From Chiloscyllium plagiosum (Eukaryota): 64,000 bases of DNA. The translations under genes and the position numbers were made by a program. Positions 38,871-51,713 of the stretch are shown piece by piece. Where the stretch lies: assembly GCF_004010195.1 (NCBI RefSeq), contig NC_057752.1:6566811-6630810 (forward strand). The letters are read 5' to 3'. Position 1 is the stretch's first letter. Every line of letters begins with the position of its first letter. The notes under the pieces were generated by a model. That model searched no databases. It saw nothing but the letters and a program-made list of their open reading frames with translations, and was not told the DNA's origin.

Positions 38871-39957
38871 GAGGACTGCTCACATCCTTGGAATAGCAGC
38901 TCTGTAGGAGAAGGCCTTGAACACAGTTACGCACAGAACTGGATGATGTACAAACTTGTTTTTATTTTTGCAGTTTCCATCGAACGTAGCATAATTTCCA
39001 CCTCTCACTTGTTTGCTCTTGCTCTCATCCATAGGCTAAAAGTGCACAGGGTATAATGCCTCTGACAGTATGTCATAAGCCTCTCTGAGCCGTTTCAACA
39101 TTGTCCTTTGACTCAAAGCATGGCCATAATAAATGAGTAAGTCACCCTAAACATTCCGCCCCTCCCCCCCACCCTTTATGCTGAAGCTTGGCCTTCTCCA
39201 CAGAATGTGTATGACATGACTCAGGGTCAGCAGCTTTACATCAAAATAAACCATTGAGAGTCAGTCAGTTTTTGCAAGTTGTTCACTTTTGTTTATGATT
39301 TGTGTGCTGTCACTTTCATCTTTTCAATAAAACCACTGAGCCTCAACATTTCAGCCCCTGAGCACATCATACATGATTCCTGCATTTCCAGCCCAATCAC
39401 AAACAAAATGATGTGCCCAAAAAGAATTGCATTTCCGTAGCGCCTTAGGCACCACAGCACATCCCCAAGCTCGTTACAAACAAATTAGAACTTCTTGAAG
39501 TACAGTCACTATTGTAACACGAGACACACAGCAGCCAATTTGTGCACAGCAAGCTCCCTCAACTAGGGAATACAATAAAGACTGAATAATCCATATCTTT
39601 TAGGCTGTAGCAATTTCCAGCCCAAAAGGATGATATCATTAATGTATGGACAGGTATTTTGAGGTGTTCCCTGACAACTCATTTGTTTTCATCAGCAAAT
39701 CTGCATTGCCACGTAAGTAACTGTTCGGACAAGTTTAACTCCAGCCAGTGCAAGAGCTACCTCAGCTCTGTTTATTTTCTTTATACAAAAGATTGGTTAC
39801 GGGATCCACTGAAAGTTATAAATAAAGTACTGACAATGAATTCTTTTCATATGATTTGCATAAAAATCCACCATACACCTGGCTTCAGTCAGAATTTTAT
39901 AATATCCAGAAATCACTTCCTGGTTAGGAACTGGTACACTTGACATCATCATGGCTA

Positions 39958-39971
39958 GTCGCCATGGAAAC
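39958..39971. promoter_or_regulatory. RFX X-box motif
   Basis: GTCGCCATGGAAAC matches the RFX consensus GTYNCC-AT-RGNAAC and lies in apparently non-repetitive sequence. Function is unproven. Confidence 0.4.
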
Positions 39972-41061
39972 AATGGCCCAGATATATGTTTATTTATTCT
40001 AACACAAGGAAATTGCTCTCCTGCTGACTTAAGAGGCTACCTGTTATTCCATTGAGTCATAAAAGTCAACAGAAAAAAACAGCAGAATTGTTCCTTGGCC
40101 TCTGCTAAGCTTCAAAGCCAGGATTGTGGTTGGATTGTTACTGTTGACGTCAGTGTCCTGCAGTTGGTGGCACCTAATGGAATATCCATGTGTAGCCATC
40201 AGACAAGGAAAGAATACTACCACCTAGTCTGCTGCTTTGTATTGCCCATATAGAAGGGAGGGCTTTGGCACTGTACACTAGATATTTCGAAGCTTTCCTT
40301 TCTTATGTGACACGAAAGCATCAATAACAGGCCAATTCCTCACTGTCATCAGACAGTGATCATAAAGCATGTGAATATTTACACTGTTGTTAGCATGCTG
40401 AAAAACTCCATCAAATGTTTATCTCAAAACCAATTTCAAGCAATAAGAGAAAAGCCTTTCTTAAAGCTCATTATTCAACTATTAGTAATATTAGTAATAA
40501 ATTAGTAATAAAATAATATAATGGTGGTCTGGCCTATTAGCTGAGATGACTTCAGTGTCACAGGTAGACCAGACCAAATAAGAATGGCGGTTCCTTCCTT
40601 AAAAGTACATCTATGAACCAATTGAGTCTTTCTGACAGTCTGAAAAGATTTTCCTGGTCACTTTTATTATTAATAGTCTCTTGTTTCCAGGGTTTTCTAA
40701 ACAGATTTCAAAATCTCAAACTGCCATAGTGGGATTTGAACTCCCTTTTCCTGGGTTATTCATACAGTATCATAATCACAGCAGCTCAGTACAGTTTAGT
40801 CATTACCTGAAATTGTAACAATAACACAGAAAATTACCAGGAGCAAAGCACTTTGAGGAGATAGCAGCTGCAGACCAAACCCCTAAATGGAGTTCAACAC
40901 AAGTCTAGTAGCTCAATGATTATGTGTAATCACTCACAGACATACAGAGCATTGTATAATGTGGAACTTGTGGCATACACCAGTAAGTGATATCATTACC
41001 CAAGAACTTTTCAGTGAATGGGTCATCTTTAATTCCCATGTTAGATCAAGCCCCTATCTTC

Positions 41062-41461
41062 TATACTAATGACACCCTGTCTGCCTGCCTGATGTATACA
41101 TTAGTTGTGAAGATGGTTGTATTAGATTTTAAAGACCTAATTGTTTTGGTCAGTTGGATTGGTGAATCAAGGATAAGTGGTGCATCTAGCCTAACCCTCA
41201 TTTTACACCAAGAATTTACATCACCTGTAGACCAAGGTGCACCAAAGGTTGAGAGAGAGAGTATACTAATGACACCCTGTCTGCCTGCCTGATGTATACA
41301 TTAGTTGTGAAGATGGTTGTATTAGATTTTAAAGACCTAATTGTTTTGGTCAGTTGGATTGGTGAATCAAGGATAAGTGGTGCATCTAGCCTAACCCTCA
41401 TTTTACACCAAGAATTTACATCACCTGTAGACCAAGGTGCACCAAAGGTTGAGAGAGAGAG
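41062..41461. repeat. Perfect 200-bp tandem duplication
   Basis: TATACTAATGACACCCTG...CAAAGGTTGAGAGAGAG occurs at 41062 and again at 41262. Confidence 0.95.
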
Positions 41462-41590
41462 AGAGGGAGAGAGAAAAAGAAAAAGAGAGAGACAGACAGA
41501 GAGAGAGAACGAGAGAGATAAAAAGGGAGAGACAGAGGGAAAGAGAGAGAAAAAAAACATTGAAAGAGAGAGAGAGAGAGAGAGAGAGAG
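41450..41590. repeat. GA-rich microsatellite / low-complexity tract
   Basis: Visible directly in the sequence. Confidence 0.95.
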
Positions 41591-42744
41591 ATATCAGCTA
41601 GCAGTGACTCAATTGGTAATAGCTTTACTAGTGAGAAGAACAACCCATATTCTGATTCCCAGCTTCTCCTGGTCAGTGATCTCAGTCAGATCAGTGGCAA
41701 GGATATCACAATTGGCTTCAGAAGTGGATTTAAATATAATGGCTGCTGAAATTGTGCATTTGCTGGGCAAGGACAGAATCGACGATGCCTCTGATGTGCC
41801 TTCTTGTGCAAATACAATGTTGGTCGAGGCTCTTACTTCAACAATAACCTCTTTGGGCAAATTATTAAACAGCAGTGTGCAATACTAGAATTGTACAGGA
41901 CAGTCAACACCTCCAGGAGAGGGAGAATCTGCAAGAGGAGTACAAAAAGAGGAATGCTCTGCTCTAAGCTGGACACAATGCAAAGTTTTGAAAGCAAGCT
42001 TTCTGGCTGTCAGCTAAACAGCTCTTGTTCCTTTAACAGAAGGCTGTGCTGTGCATGCCATTCTGGACAGAAATAGAAGCACTCTGATAGCTGCACCCTG
42101 CTACTAATGTAAAGTGGACACAGCACTCCATTAATGGTGAATGACTGCATCATTTTTTCTATCACCATCACTGTCAATCAGCAAGTTATAAGAAGCATGC
42201 ATTCCACTGGAGACACTTGTGTGTGAGAATTACGGGTCAGAGAGTGAGGTTAGACATGACAAAATTCGATCTTCCTTTAGGTCCAGAGTATTGAACATAT
42301 TCTCCGACAGAATTCAGATACACTAAGATAGAGTTATCTAAATCATAGTAAAATCACTGCCAAAGTCATTATGACTAATGACCGAGAGAGACTTATTTTC
42401 TCATATACAGTGAACAATGTGAATGATGAAATATTTGGACATAATTCTAGAGATTAACTAATTGAAAATAATCTAATTTAGAAGCCATTTCAAGGTATGC
42501 CACAACCAATAAAGTACTTTTTGATGGGTCATCACTGTTGTCATGTCATAAATATATCACACAGCAAGATCCCCCAAGCTACACACAAAATGATCAGATT
42601 ATCTGTCATTAGTGGTGTTGGCTGAGGATGAAAGTTGACCAAGACATTGAGAAAACTCTGAGTGTCACCATAAGATCATCTTCACCTCTGAGCTCACAGA
42701 CAGAGCCTCATTTTAACATAGAGTCATATCACCTGAAAGCAATG

Positions 42745-42830
42745 GTAAGAAGTCACACGATACCAGGTTAGAGTCCAAAAGGTTTATTTGAAATCACAAG
42801 CTTTCAGAGCACTGCAACTTCATCAGGTGA
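42745..42830 (-). mobile_element. Short repeat with a degenerate hammerhead motif (second PLE-like family)
   Basis: The minus strand reads TCACCTGATGAAGTTGCAGTGCTCTGAAAGCTTGTGA. A homologous copy lies at 44090-44205. Confidence 0.55.
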
Positions 42831-44959
42831 CATCCTGACTTCCATATTTTCTCTCTTCGTATTCTATCTGACAATGTCTTGCCCAGCTAACCTGTTTATA
42901 ATCATTTCAGACACTCAAGGTGGAGATACCAGAGACTGGCAGGTTTGTCCTGACTGGACGAGAACCCAGGACCCTGTCATGCTTCCTGACTGACCCCACG
43001 GATCAGCAATTCCCCAATCAATTCCCATAGCCATAGATCAGGAAGGTGACAATATCAACCAAGGCTCCCCATTCCTGATGAGCACAGACTAATCCCACTG
43101 GAGAGTGCCCGTGTCTACACATTGACTGAGGAGAAGATCGGGCTTGACAGTGATGCTGTGCTGTGCAGTCTCACCCAGTCAGAGCATTAGAGAGCTGACT
43201 ACACCACCAAACTGGTGCAAAAACTGCAGGCTGCACAGTCTCATTTGTCCCCATGTTGAACCAAACAGACGCAGAGGAGAAAAATCAATATATTATAGGC
43301 TAATAGTGTGGAAGAGCATTTTAAGAGCCTATGTTATCTATTCTCTCAGGAGTGAAAATAAAATGTCAGTACGTGGTATGAAAAGTCCTTCTCTCCAACA
43401 CACAGACTGGCTGGCTGGCATTTCACAATAAACCGAGTCTCCCTCACATTTTCACCCCAAATCTACATACAAAAACACACGAGTGTCAGGATGGATGCCA
43501 GTCTATCTGTGCACCTGCATACTTCTGTTGACTGAGCACAGTATTGAAGTCCCAGACAACAACCAGGAACTTGAAGAATAACGTCGACGATCCAAACATG
43601 TTTATCTTGGGACTAAGTTAGCATAATAGCCATAAATCAAAACGAAGGAGTAATTAAAATCAAAATGTTATTAGCCGCTGAAGGTCATATGCCCAATAAA
43701 ACGCTTGAGAACATCCAGCAAGTTTCTCTAAGTAAGGCCCACAAGCTAGGGCTTTCCATGCTGGAATTACAGCTCTGTCTGCACAATGACTTTCTTCTTA
43801 CTCTTGTAGCTGACACTGCTATTGTACACGGGTGAACCTTGAGCAGAGAAGGATAGAGACTGCTGAGAGTATTAGTCAAGCTGAGCCTATTTTTACCCAC
43901 TGCCCACACCCTTCTTAGCGTGGAGCACTCTGATTGTTGGCCTTGCAGAGATGAAAGACCACAGACTGAGCTTTGGATCCTCTTAGCATTATAACTTCTA
44001 TTATTTTATAGGCCAGGTCAGAGGAAAATGACACAGTGCAATGGCCAGCATATGCCCATTTAGCATCACACCTTGCTTATGCTCAGACATGCTGTGGAGG
44101 TGCCGCTGTTGGACTGGGGTGGACAAAGTCAGAAGTCACATGACACCAGGTTATGGTCCAACAGGTTCATTTGAAATCACAAGCTTTCAGAGCTGCTACT
44201 TTATCTGACTATGCTTAGAAGTATCGCCCTCTGGTAGGCCCAGAGCAACTCACTCTCTCACACACACTCTGTCACACAGTCAGAAATCATTGTGACATAA
44301 AAGCTTGTGTCAGAGGGGGACAAGTCAAAGAAACAGCTCAGCCAGCCCACAGTGTTTGCTAACCTCATGAGGGAGCAAACTGTTCAGGGTCTGACATTTA
44401 CTGAAGTCACCATTGGTTACAATCAGCTCAGAAGAATAATCTTCATCTACATATTTCAGTCAGATTTGCTGTGTGGGATCTTTACTTTTAAAATGACAGA
44501 GCTTTTAATGTAATTTAATTTCTGAAGCCAGCACTGTTGGGGTCTCACTTGCATTGCAGAGAGGCTAAGCTCAGTTCTCAGAGAGAGAGAGTAGCTGGGC
44601 TGGAGTTCTTTAAACTCATATAGGCACTTGAAAAAAAAATCCACAAACTGCACCTTCTGAAATAGCAACGCCCATCCAGATTGGCCTCCAATTGATTCAC
44701 TCAGACACACCCTGGGTACAAATATTTTCAATCCAGTTCTGCAGGTGCTTTAACTCTTTGAGGTCTGCTCGCTTCTCCAGAGAAGGCTGACATCATAAGG
44801 CCTGCTACAGGATCAACCACTCTGCTCTGGGTTTATAAAGAGCTTGGTAAATAAACAAGCAGGATCATGTTGATGCTCCTCAGAGAGTAGAAAGGGTCGA
44901 GCTCAAGCCTTGGTCTGGTCACATTCGCTTCACCTCAATAGAAGGATAGAAGGAGGGCA

Positions 44960-45940
44960 TTGCAATTGGCAAGTGTTGTCGAACAGAGAGACTTAAAGCT
45001 TCAAGTACATAATTCTTTGAAGTTTGCGTCACATGTAGACAGGGTGGTTAAGAAAGCGTTTGGCATGCTTCCCTTCATTGCTCAGTCCTTTGAATATAGG
45101 AGTTGGGACATTATGATTAGATTAGATTTCCTACAGTATGGAAACAGGCCCTTTGGCCCAACAAGTCCACACCGACCCTCCGAACAGCAACCCACCCAGA
45201 CCCATTCCCCTAACTGATGTACCTAACACTATGGGCAATTTAGCATGGTCAATTCACCTAACCCGCACATCTTTAGATTGTGGGAGGAAACCAGAGCACC
45301 TGGAGGAAACCCACACAGACACAGGGAGAATGTTCAAACTCCACACAGATAGTCACCGGAGATGGGAATTGAACCCGGGTCCTTGGCGCTGTGAGGCAGC
45401 AGTGCTAACCACTGAGCCACTGTGCCGCTTCATGTTGAGGTTATACAGGACATTGATGAGGCATCTTCTGGAATACTGTGTGCAGTTCTGGTCACCCTGT
45501 TATAGGAAGGATATTATTAAGCTGGAGAGAGTTCAGAAGGAGATTGTCAGGTATGAAGAGTCTGAGTTAAAAGGAGAGGCTGGATTGGCTGACCTTATAG
45601 ACACTTATGAGGGGTATAGATAAGGTGAATGACAGGTGCCTTTTCCCTAGCATGGGGGAGTTCAAGACTAAGGGGCATATTTTTAAGATGAGAGGAGAAA
45701 GATTTTAAAAAGACACAAGAGACTTTTTTTATACAGCGGGTGGTTTGCATGTTGAATGAACTTCCTGAGGAAGTGGTGGATGTGGGTACATTTACAACGT
45801 TTAGAAGACATTTGGATAATTACATAAATAAGAAACGTTTGAAGGGATATGGGTCAAGTGCAGGCAGGTGGGACTAGTTGAGGATTATGGTCAGCATGGA
45901 CTGGTTGGACCGAAAGCTTTGTTTCCATGCTGTATGACTC
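44960..45940 (+). mobile_element. HER1/CR1 LINE 3' part with an HE1 SINE inserted at 45115-45428(-)
   Basis: EQRDLKLQVHNSLKFASHVDRVVKKAFGML, then LEYCVQFWSPCYRKDIIKLERVQK after the SINE. Confidence 0.9.
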
Positions 45941-46034
45941 AATCATGCCGGATTAGGGTTGCAAACTCAATGAGCACTGCTCAAGAGTACCCGAGTATGA
46001 ACAGAAACCGGTTTGCCTGTGATTCTCAGCCTAC

Positions 46035-46348
46035 TTAGATTAGATTACTTAGTGTGGAAACAGGCCCTTCGGCCCAACAAGTCCACACCGACCCTTCGAA
46101 GAGCAACCCACTCAGACCCATTCCCTACATTTACCCCTTCTCCTAACACTACGGGCAATTTAGCATGGCTAATTCACCTGACCTGCACATTTTTGGACTG
46201 TGGGAGGAAACTGGAGCACCCGGAGGAAACCCACGCAGACACGGGGAGAATGTGCAAACTCCACACAGACAGTTGCCTGAGGCGGGAAATGAACCCGGGT
46301 CTCTGGCGCTGTGAGGCAGCAGTGCTAACCACTGTGCCACCGTGCCGC
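46035..46348 (-). mobile_element. HE1 SINE, full length
   Basis: Reverse complement of the 3251-3550 element, with an (AATCT)n tail. Confidence 0.92.
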
Positions 46349-48109
46349 CTGTATGATGCTTTATCCAATCTCCCCCTCACTCCAGCTGCAGATCTCACAT
46401 GGTGAACAGTTGACTGAGTTGCGATACCAGACAGCGAGTGCACCAAAAGTACCAAGCCAGAGATTAAAGGGGGAGAGCACTAAATGAGGAAAAAAAAGTC
46501 ATTCAGCCAATGACAAGCCAATCAATCATCTGCTTTAGCCTATAAAAGGAATCATCTTGTGCCAAGAGGATCCGAAGGCCCTCCAGCAGTGAATTTCTCA
46601 AGAGTGGGATTCCCATAATGCCACTCTGATTTTCTGGTGTCTGCCTGAGCAAAGTCAAAGGACCCCTGTTCTGTTATGAACTGAACTGTGGGGCTACCGT
46701 AATTAGCCTTAATGCCTCTGGGTCTGTGGGGTAGAAGTCAGCCAAGGGTCCACAAAATTCCTACTGGAACTAGCTGCCCATGAATTCTGGAAAAGGATTG
46801 GATGGGGGCACTGCTGTACAACCCTCCTTGTGTACATTGACAAGGAACCTCACCTGGGCCAGGATAGGAAAGGACAGAGGGAGAAAACTCCATCATGACA
46901 AATTCTGGAACCTGCTCTCTCATATGCAACACATTTATCCTTTTGATGCAAGAGCTGCTAGACATGGTTAGATTCCTTTCAGCAAGTGCCTATTACATGA
47001 CTGTGTAAAGGGGGAAACATTTTACGAATCTCTGCTCTAACTGAAGCATTTAGTATTGGAATTACATTCTCAAACCCAGTACTTCCAGTCCATAGTGTAA
47101 GTCACTTTATTTTATCTATGCCCTTCAACATTTTCAATTGCTTGGAGTTGGTAAACATGCAGGGATGCTCTCGACATTCAATAATTCACAAGGTATAATA
47201 ATATTAAACTCAATTTGCAGTCACTAAAGCAACAATTTTGGTGATCTCCCCTTGATTTTGTTTATTTTAAAGTTTGACCCTTTGATTTCTGTTACTGCCT
47301 CTTTAATGGACCTCATAAAAATTGTATAATTTGATTTAAATTAATTTAAGAGCAGGAACCAGGCCTTAGAGTAAAACAGGCTTGCATAGGCAAATGTATC
47401 CAAAGCTCAGTTGCAGTGTGAAAACAATTTCTACTGGACATGTAATTGCAAGGCCACTGTCACTGGTGATTTCCCTTTGTTGAAACTAGACAACATGTCG
47501 ACAGCAGTTATTGAGCCAAACGCCGAGAAGCTGCATGTTTGGATAAAGATTAAACAACAGGGCTCGGATTATGGAGTGACAGATCAAAGCTTGTTGAGAG
47601 AATCCATGTTGTGCACTGCAGCCCACAGAGCAGACAGGCATTTGCAAAAGTCCCTTTATAGGCTGATCACAATCAATCAGGATCCCAATGCTTCAGACAT
47701 GGTTTCTCCTGCTGGTTAGGATTTGGATCCAGCAATTCATGATTGGAAATCGTGGCTGTAGTGTGAGGATAAGATTGGGAGTGTGTCTGAGATAGCCTGA
47801 TTGTTGAATAATCTATTATTAAGCCTGTCTAGACTAACATGTGAATAATAGTCAGTACTGACATGAGTTAGTGTGGCACCTTTGAAAGAGAGGAGAAACT
47901 GGAAGAAATAGAAAGCAGGGGTAACAGAAACAAATAGTTCAGGAAAGCTGGTCAGGCATATTTTTCCGAGACTGTCAGTAGTTTAATTGTTTGCGGTTTT
48001 TAAGTGAGGAATAAACCTGCACTCAGCTACAGGAACAACATTGCAAGTCCCAGTTAAAAGCCAAGATCAGGCTATATGAGTAAATCAGTGCTCTGAACAG
48101 GATTGATGC

Positions 48110-49020
48110 AAAGTTCCCCAATTTGGCACAGTTCCAGATGGGGTACCCTGAAATCTACAATTCCTGGGTGAGGGTGAATAAGCTTCCTCCTCCTGGTTAT
48201 TCAGCACCATCTTCTCCTACCCCCCCCCCCCCCCCCAACCCACCCATCCTACCCCCAAAACATCCGGTTGCTCTCATCAAGGTGAATTTTAAAAAGATCC
48301 CTTCCCTTGTGGATACCTTTCTTCAGGTCCAAATGAATTTACGTTTCATAAAAAGCAGCTAATTTAACGAGGCTGCCTTAAATTAACAAAAAAAGTTTAT
48401 TCACTGCTAAATGTGAAAAAAATAGTAATGCAACACTGATTAGAGACGAGAGGAGAGGTCAAAAACATAAAAATAAAATAAAATATGGATCAGTCTCTGA
48501 ATTTTTCAAGAAGAGCAGATAAGATGATGCTGCAGCTATTTTTGGACGGTTCTAGTAGCATTGACATTGTTCTTGGTTTTGCAGGTCAGTCAGAATTCTG
48601 TTGCTCCAATTCCTTTGGACAGTGAGTGAATTCCAACATTCAAAGTAAGACATAAATATTTTTCTTCGTTTTACCTGCAGTGCAGAGGTGTTTAAAATGG
48701 CTGTTCTCAAAGCTGTGGCCTCACAGTATTCTAGTCCATACACTGGGACATCAGCCATTAACGGAGACTAGAGTTTTTAACTTCTACGGTGGATATTACA
48801 TGGGTAAAACAGAAATCTTTGCAAGAGGTGGATGCCTTCTGAGAGGGGATATAATCAGCCCCTGAAGTTATCTTTTTGTGTTAAGTTTCTCCCTATTTGA
48901 AGTTTCCCTGACACTTCACAGGTATGACATCCCATAAGTTTCTCACAGGACTGAATTTACATTCACAGTTTCATTTTTCCCTGTAGCAACCTTGTTTTTT
49001 CTTAAAAAAAGGAGAGATTT
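48110..49020 (-). mobile_element. Degenerate LTR-like element (same family)
   Basis: The minus strand reads AATAAACTTTTTTTGTTAATTTAAGGCAGCC..GGTATCCACAAGGGAAGGGATC. Boundaries are approximate. Confidence 0.5.
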
Positions 49021-49744
49021 TGGAATTTAAAATAGAAAATGTTCAAATATACTTAGGGGTTCTGATTTGGCAGTGTAACATAGGAAACAGAAAGAGTGTA
49101 ATAGGTGCCTGTGATTGTTGGATTGTATTCTCAGGTGGTTCATTGAACTCTGTTTTGTTTAATATCTGACTCACTAATTCAAAAAGTGGTTTTCAATGCA
49201 GAGAGTGGTCATCATAAATTCTTCAACATACAACCTCCAGTGTAATCTCACCATGACATCAATGACTAGGAGTGCCAGTCGAGGTGGGGGTATTGTAAAC
49301 TATACACAAGACATGACTTTGTGATGCCATCGGGATTATGGTGCCAACTGGTGATCATGCTTCTATTTCCACAGTTAAAATCAGCAGTGGGCATGAAGAC
49401 TCAGGAAAACTCACATTTTCCGAACAGCCAATCAAAAGTTTGTGGCTGTCGGACACCCAACATGGAAGCAGCATTTCAGAATTTGTGACACCCACCAGCA
49501 CAGATTGGAATATTTTATACAGCATCATGGCTAAACCTTCTGACATCAACATCTTGGAAGGTACTACTGTTGACTAGATGCTTAATTGGACGAACCATAT
49601 CAACAAGAACAAGCGAGGGGTAATGCATTTATGATCCTTCAAAACTTCTCCAAAGTCTACAAAGCTCAAAGGTCAGGAAGGCACTGAGTGCAGCTATAAT
49701 ACCACAGACTAAGCTCAACCATTCCAGTTTGAGGAGTCCACTTT

Positions 49745-50512
49745 GTTTTTATTTATTCACTCATGGGACATGGGCATCGCTGATTGGGCCAGCATTTATT
49801 GTCTGTCCCATGTTTCCCTTGAGAAGGTGGGGGGTGAGCTGCCTTCTTGAACCGCTGCAGTCCACATGCTGTAGGTTGACTCACAATGTCCTTAGAAAGG
49901 GAATTCCAGGATTCTGACCCAGTGACAGTGAAGGAAAGGTGATATATTTCCAAATCAGGATGGTAAATGGCTTGGAGGAAAACTTGCAGGCTGTGGTGTT
50001 TCCATGTATCTGCTGCCCTTGTCCTTCTCGATGGAAGTAGTCATGGTTTTGGAAGGTGCTATTTTTGGTGAATTTCTGCAGTGCAGCTTATAGATAGGAC
50101 GTACAGCTGCTACTGAGTGGTGGTGGTGAAGGGAGTGAATGCTTGTGGATGGTCAACAGTGTGGGATTAAGTGATGCAACACAATTGAATGTCATGGGGC
50201 AGTGATTAGATTGTCTCTTATTGATGATAGACATAGCCTGGCATTTGTATGGCCTGAATGGTACTTGCCACTTTTTAGTCCCAGCCTGGATATTGTCCAG
50301 ATCTTGTTGCATTTTGCAGTGTCTGAGGAAGGAGCTGCCAGAGGAAGTGGTAGAGGCTGGCACAATTACAACATTTAAAAGGCATCTGGGTGGGTATATG
50401 AATAGGAAGGGTTTAGAGGGATATGGGCCAAATGCTGGCAAGTGGGACTAGATCAGTTTAGGATATCTGGTTGGCACCCAAGGTCTGTTTCTGTGCTGTA
50501 CATCTCTATGAC
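49745..50512. mobile_element. CR1/L2-type LINE 3' part (-, 49745-50320) followed by a short HER1 3' piece (+, 50327-50512)
   Basis: MQQDLDNIQAGTKKWQVPFRPYKCQAM on the minus strand. ELPEEVVEAGTITTFKRHL on the plus strand. Confidence 0.8.
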
Positions 50513-51119
50513 TATTCCCCAAATCTTTCAGTACAATGTAACTCGGACACACATCACTGTTTCTACATCATCTTTGGGTCGTTCCTTACTAATGCCATTA
50601 TGGATGCACCAGCAGCACAGGAACTGTAGTCCTTCAAGGATACACCTATTAACATCATCTCCGGACAACCAGGGATGAGCAAGAAACACAAGCTTAGCCA
50701 GCGATACCCAAGTTCCAAGAACAAGTAGAAAAGAAAGTTGAATTTGCCTTTTCAATGAACAAAAATTGTATCATTCTGAAATTGGCTGGCAGTAATTCAA
50801 TAGTTAAATGAACATTAAGATGCTGCACAATTAAATATACAAGGAAACTTCCTCAAATACACCCTTTTGAGTGTATTCTTCATCAGAAACGCACAAGTAC
50901 AAACTGAACATTAGCACTCTGAGAAAATAACTGCTAAAACAGGTGTGTTGTAGCTAGAAAACAGAACAAACTGAATGTATATTTGGGGAGACCAGGGTAT
51001 TGGAGTGACAGGCTGAGAGAGAACCTGTAATATTTAGTTTATAAAGTCACCACTTCAATCGACTGCCCTTCCACCTAAAGGTTCCGATGGTTTGAGAGTC
51101 ATTACCACTCCAGTCTCTG

Positions 51120-51245
51120 AGAGAAAGTGAGGGCTGCAGATGCTGGAGATCAGAGCTGAAAATGTGTTGCTGGAAAAGCGCAGGTCAGCCAGCATCCAAG
51201 GAACAGGAGAATCGACGTTTCGGGCATAAGCCCTTCTTCAGGAAT
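51120..51245 (-). mobile_element. Minimal PLE 3'-repeat insertion carrying an intact hammerhead motif
   Basis: The minus strand reads ATTC-CTGAAGA-A-GGGC-TTAT-GCCC-GAAA-CG-TC-GATT. TSD CACTCCAGTCTCTG (51106-51119 and 51246-51259). Confidence 0.88.
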
Positions 51246-51713
51246 CACTCCAGTCTCTGGGCTACTTTCACTCAGTAACTTCTTTGTTTCAAGCCACAGT
51301 CCCAACCATTGTCTTGACAGAGGACAACTTGCAGAGAGGCTATTAAACAGAACAACAGCTTGTGGATCTGTGCCTTCACACAGCAAGCTCCTTATTCCAA
51401 GGCTGCTTTCATGGGCTGTTGCCAAGTGGATTGCAAGCATTTCTCGACAGACAAAAATGGAAAAATAAAATGATTGGATCTATTTTAATGTTAGCTCTTT
51501 CACATACTGTTTGGAAGCTGTGTGGAGCCTGTTTGATAACCGTTTTCTTGGTTCCACAGCACATTGCCCTCATGAGTAACTGAATGCTACAGATAATGAA
51601 CATCCCCGGATCAATCCTTGGATCATGCGCGATGGTGCCAATCTCAGCTAAGGCAGTGATTGAATTCAGGCTGAGGAAATGGGACACTAATGGTCCCTTG
51701 CTGAAGGTTTCCA

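Noticed and set aside
40145..40152. Palindromic CRE TGACGTCA
   Set aside because: It lies in a decayed AmnSINE2-like copy, and an 8-mer is expected about once per window by chance.
44222..44240. CTCF-like site (CTACCAGAGGGCGA on the minus strand)
   Set aside because: Mismatches at core positions and no supporting context.
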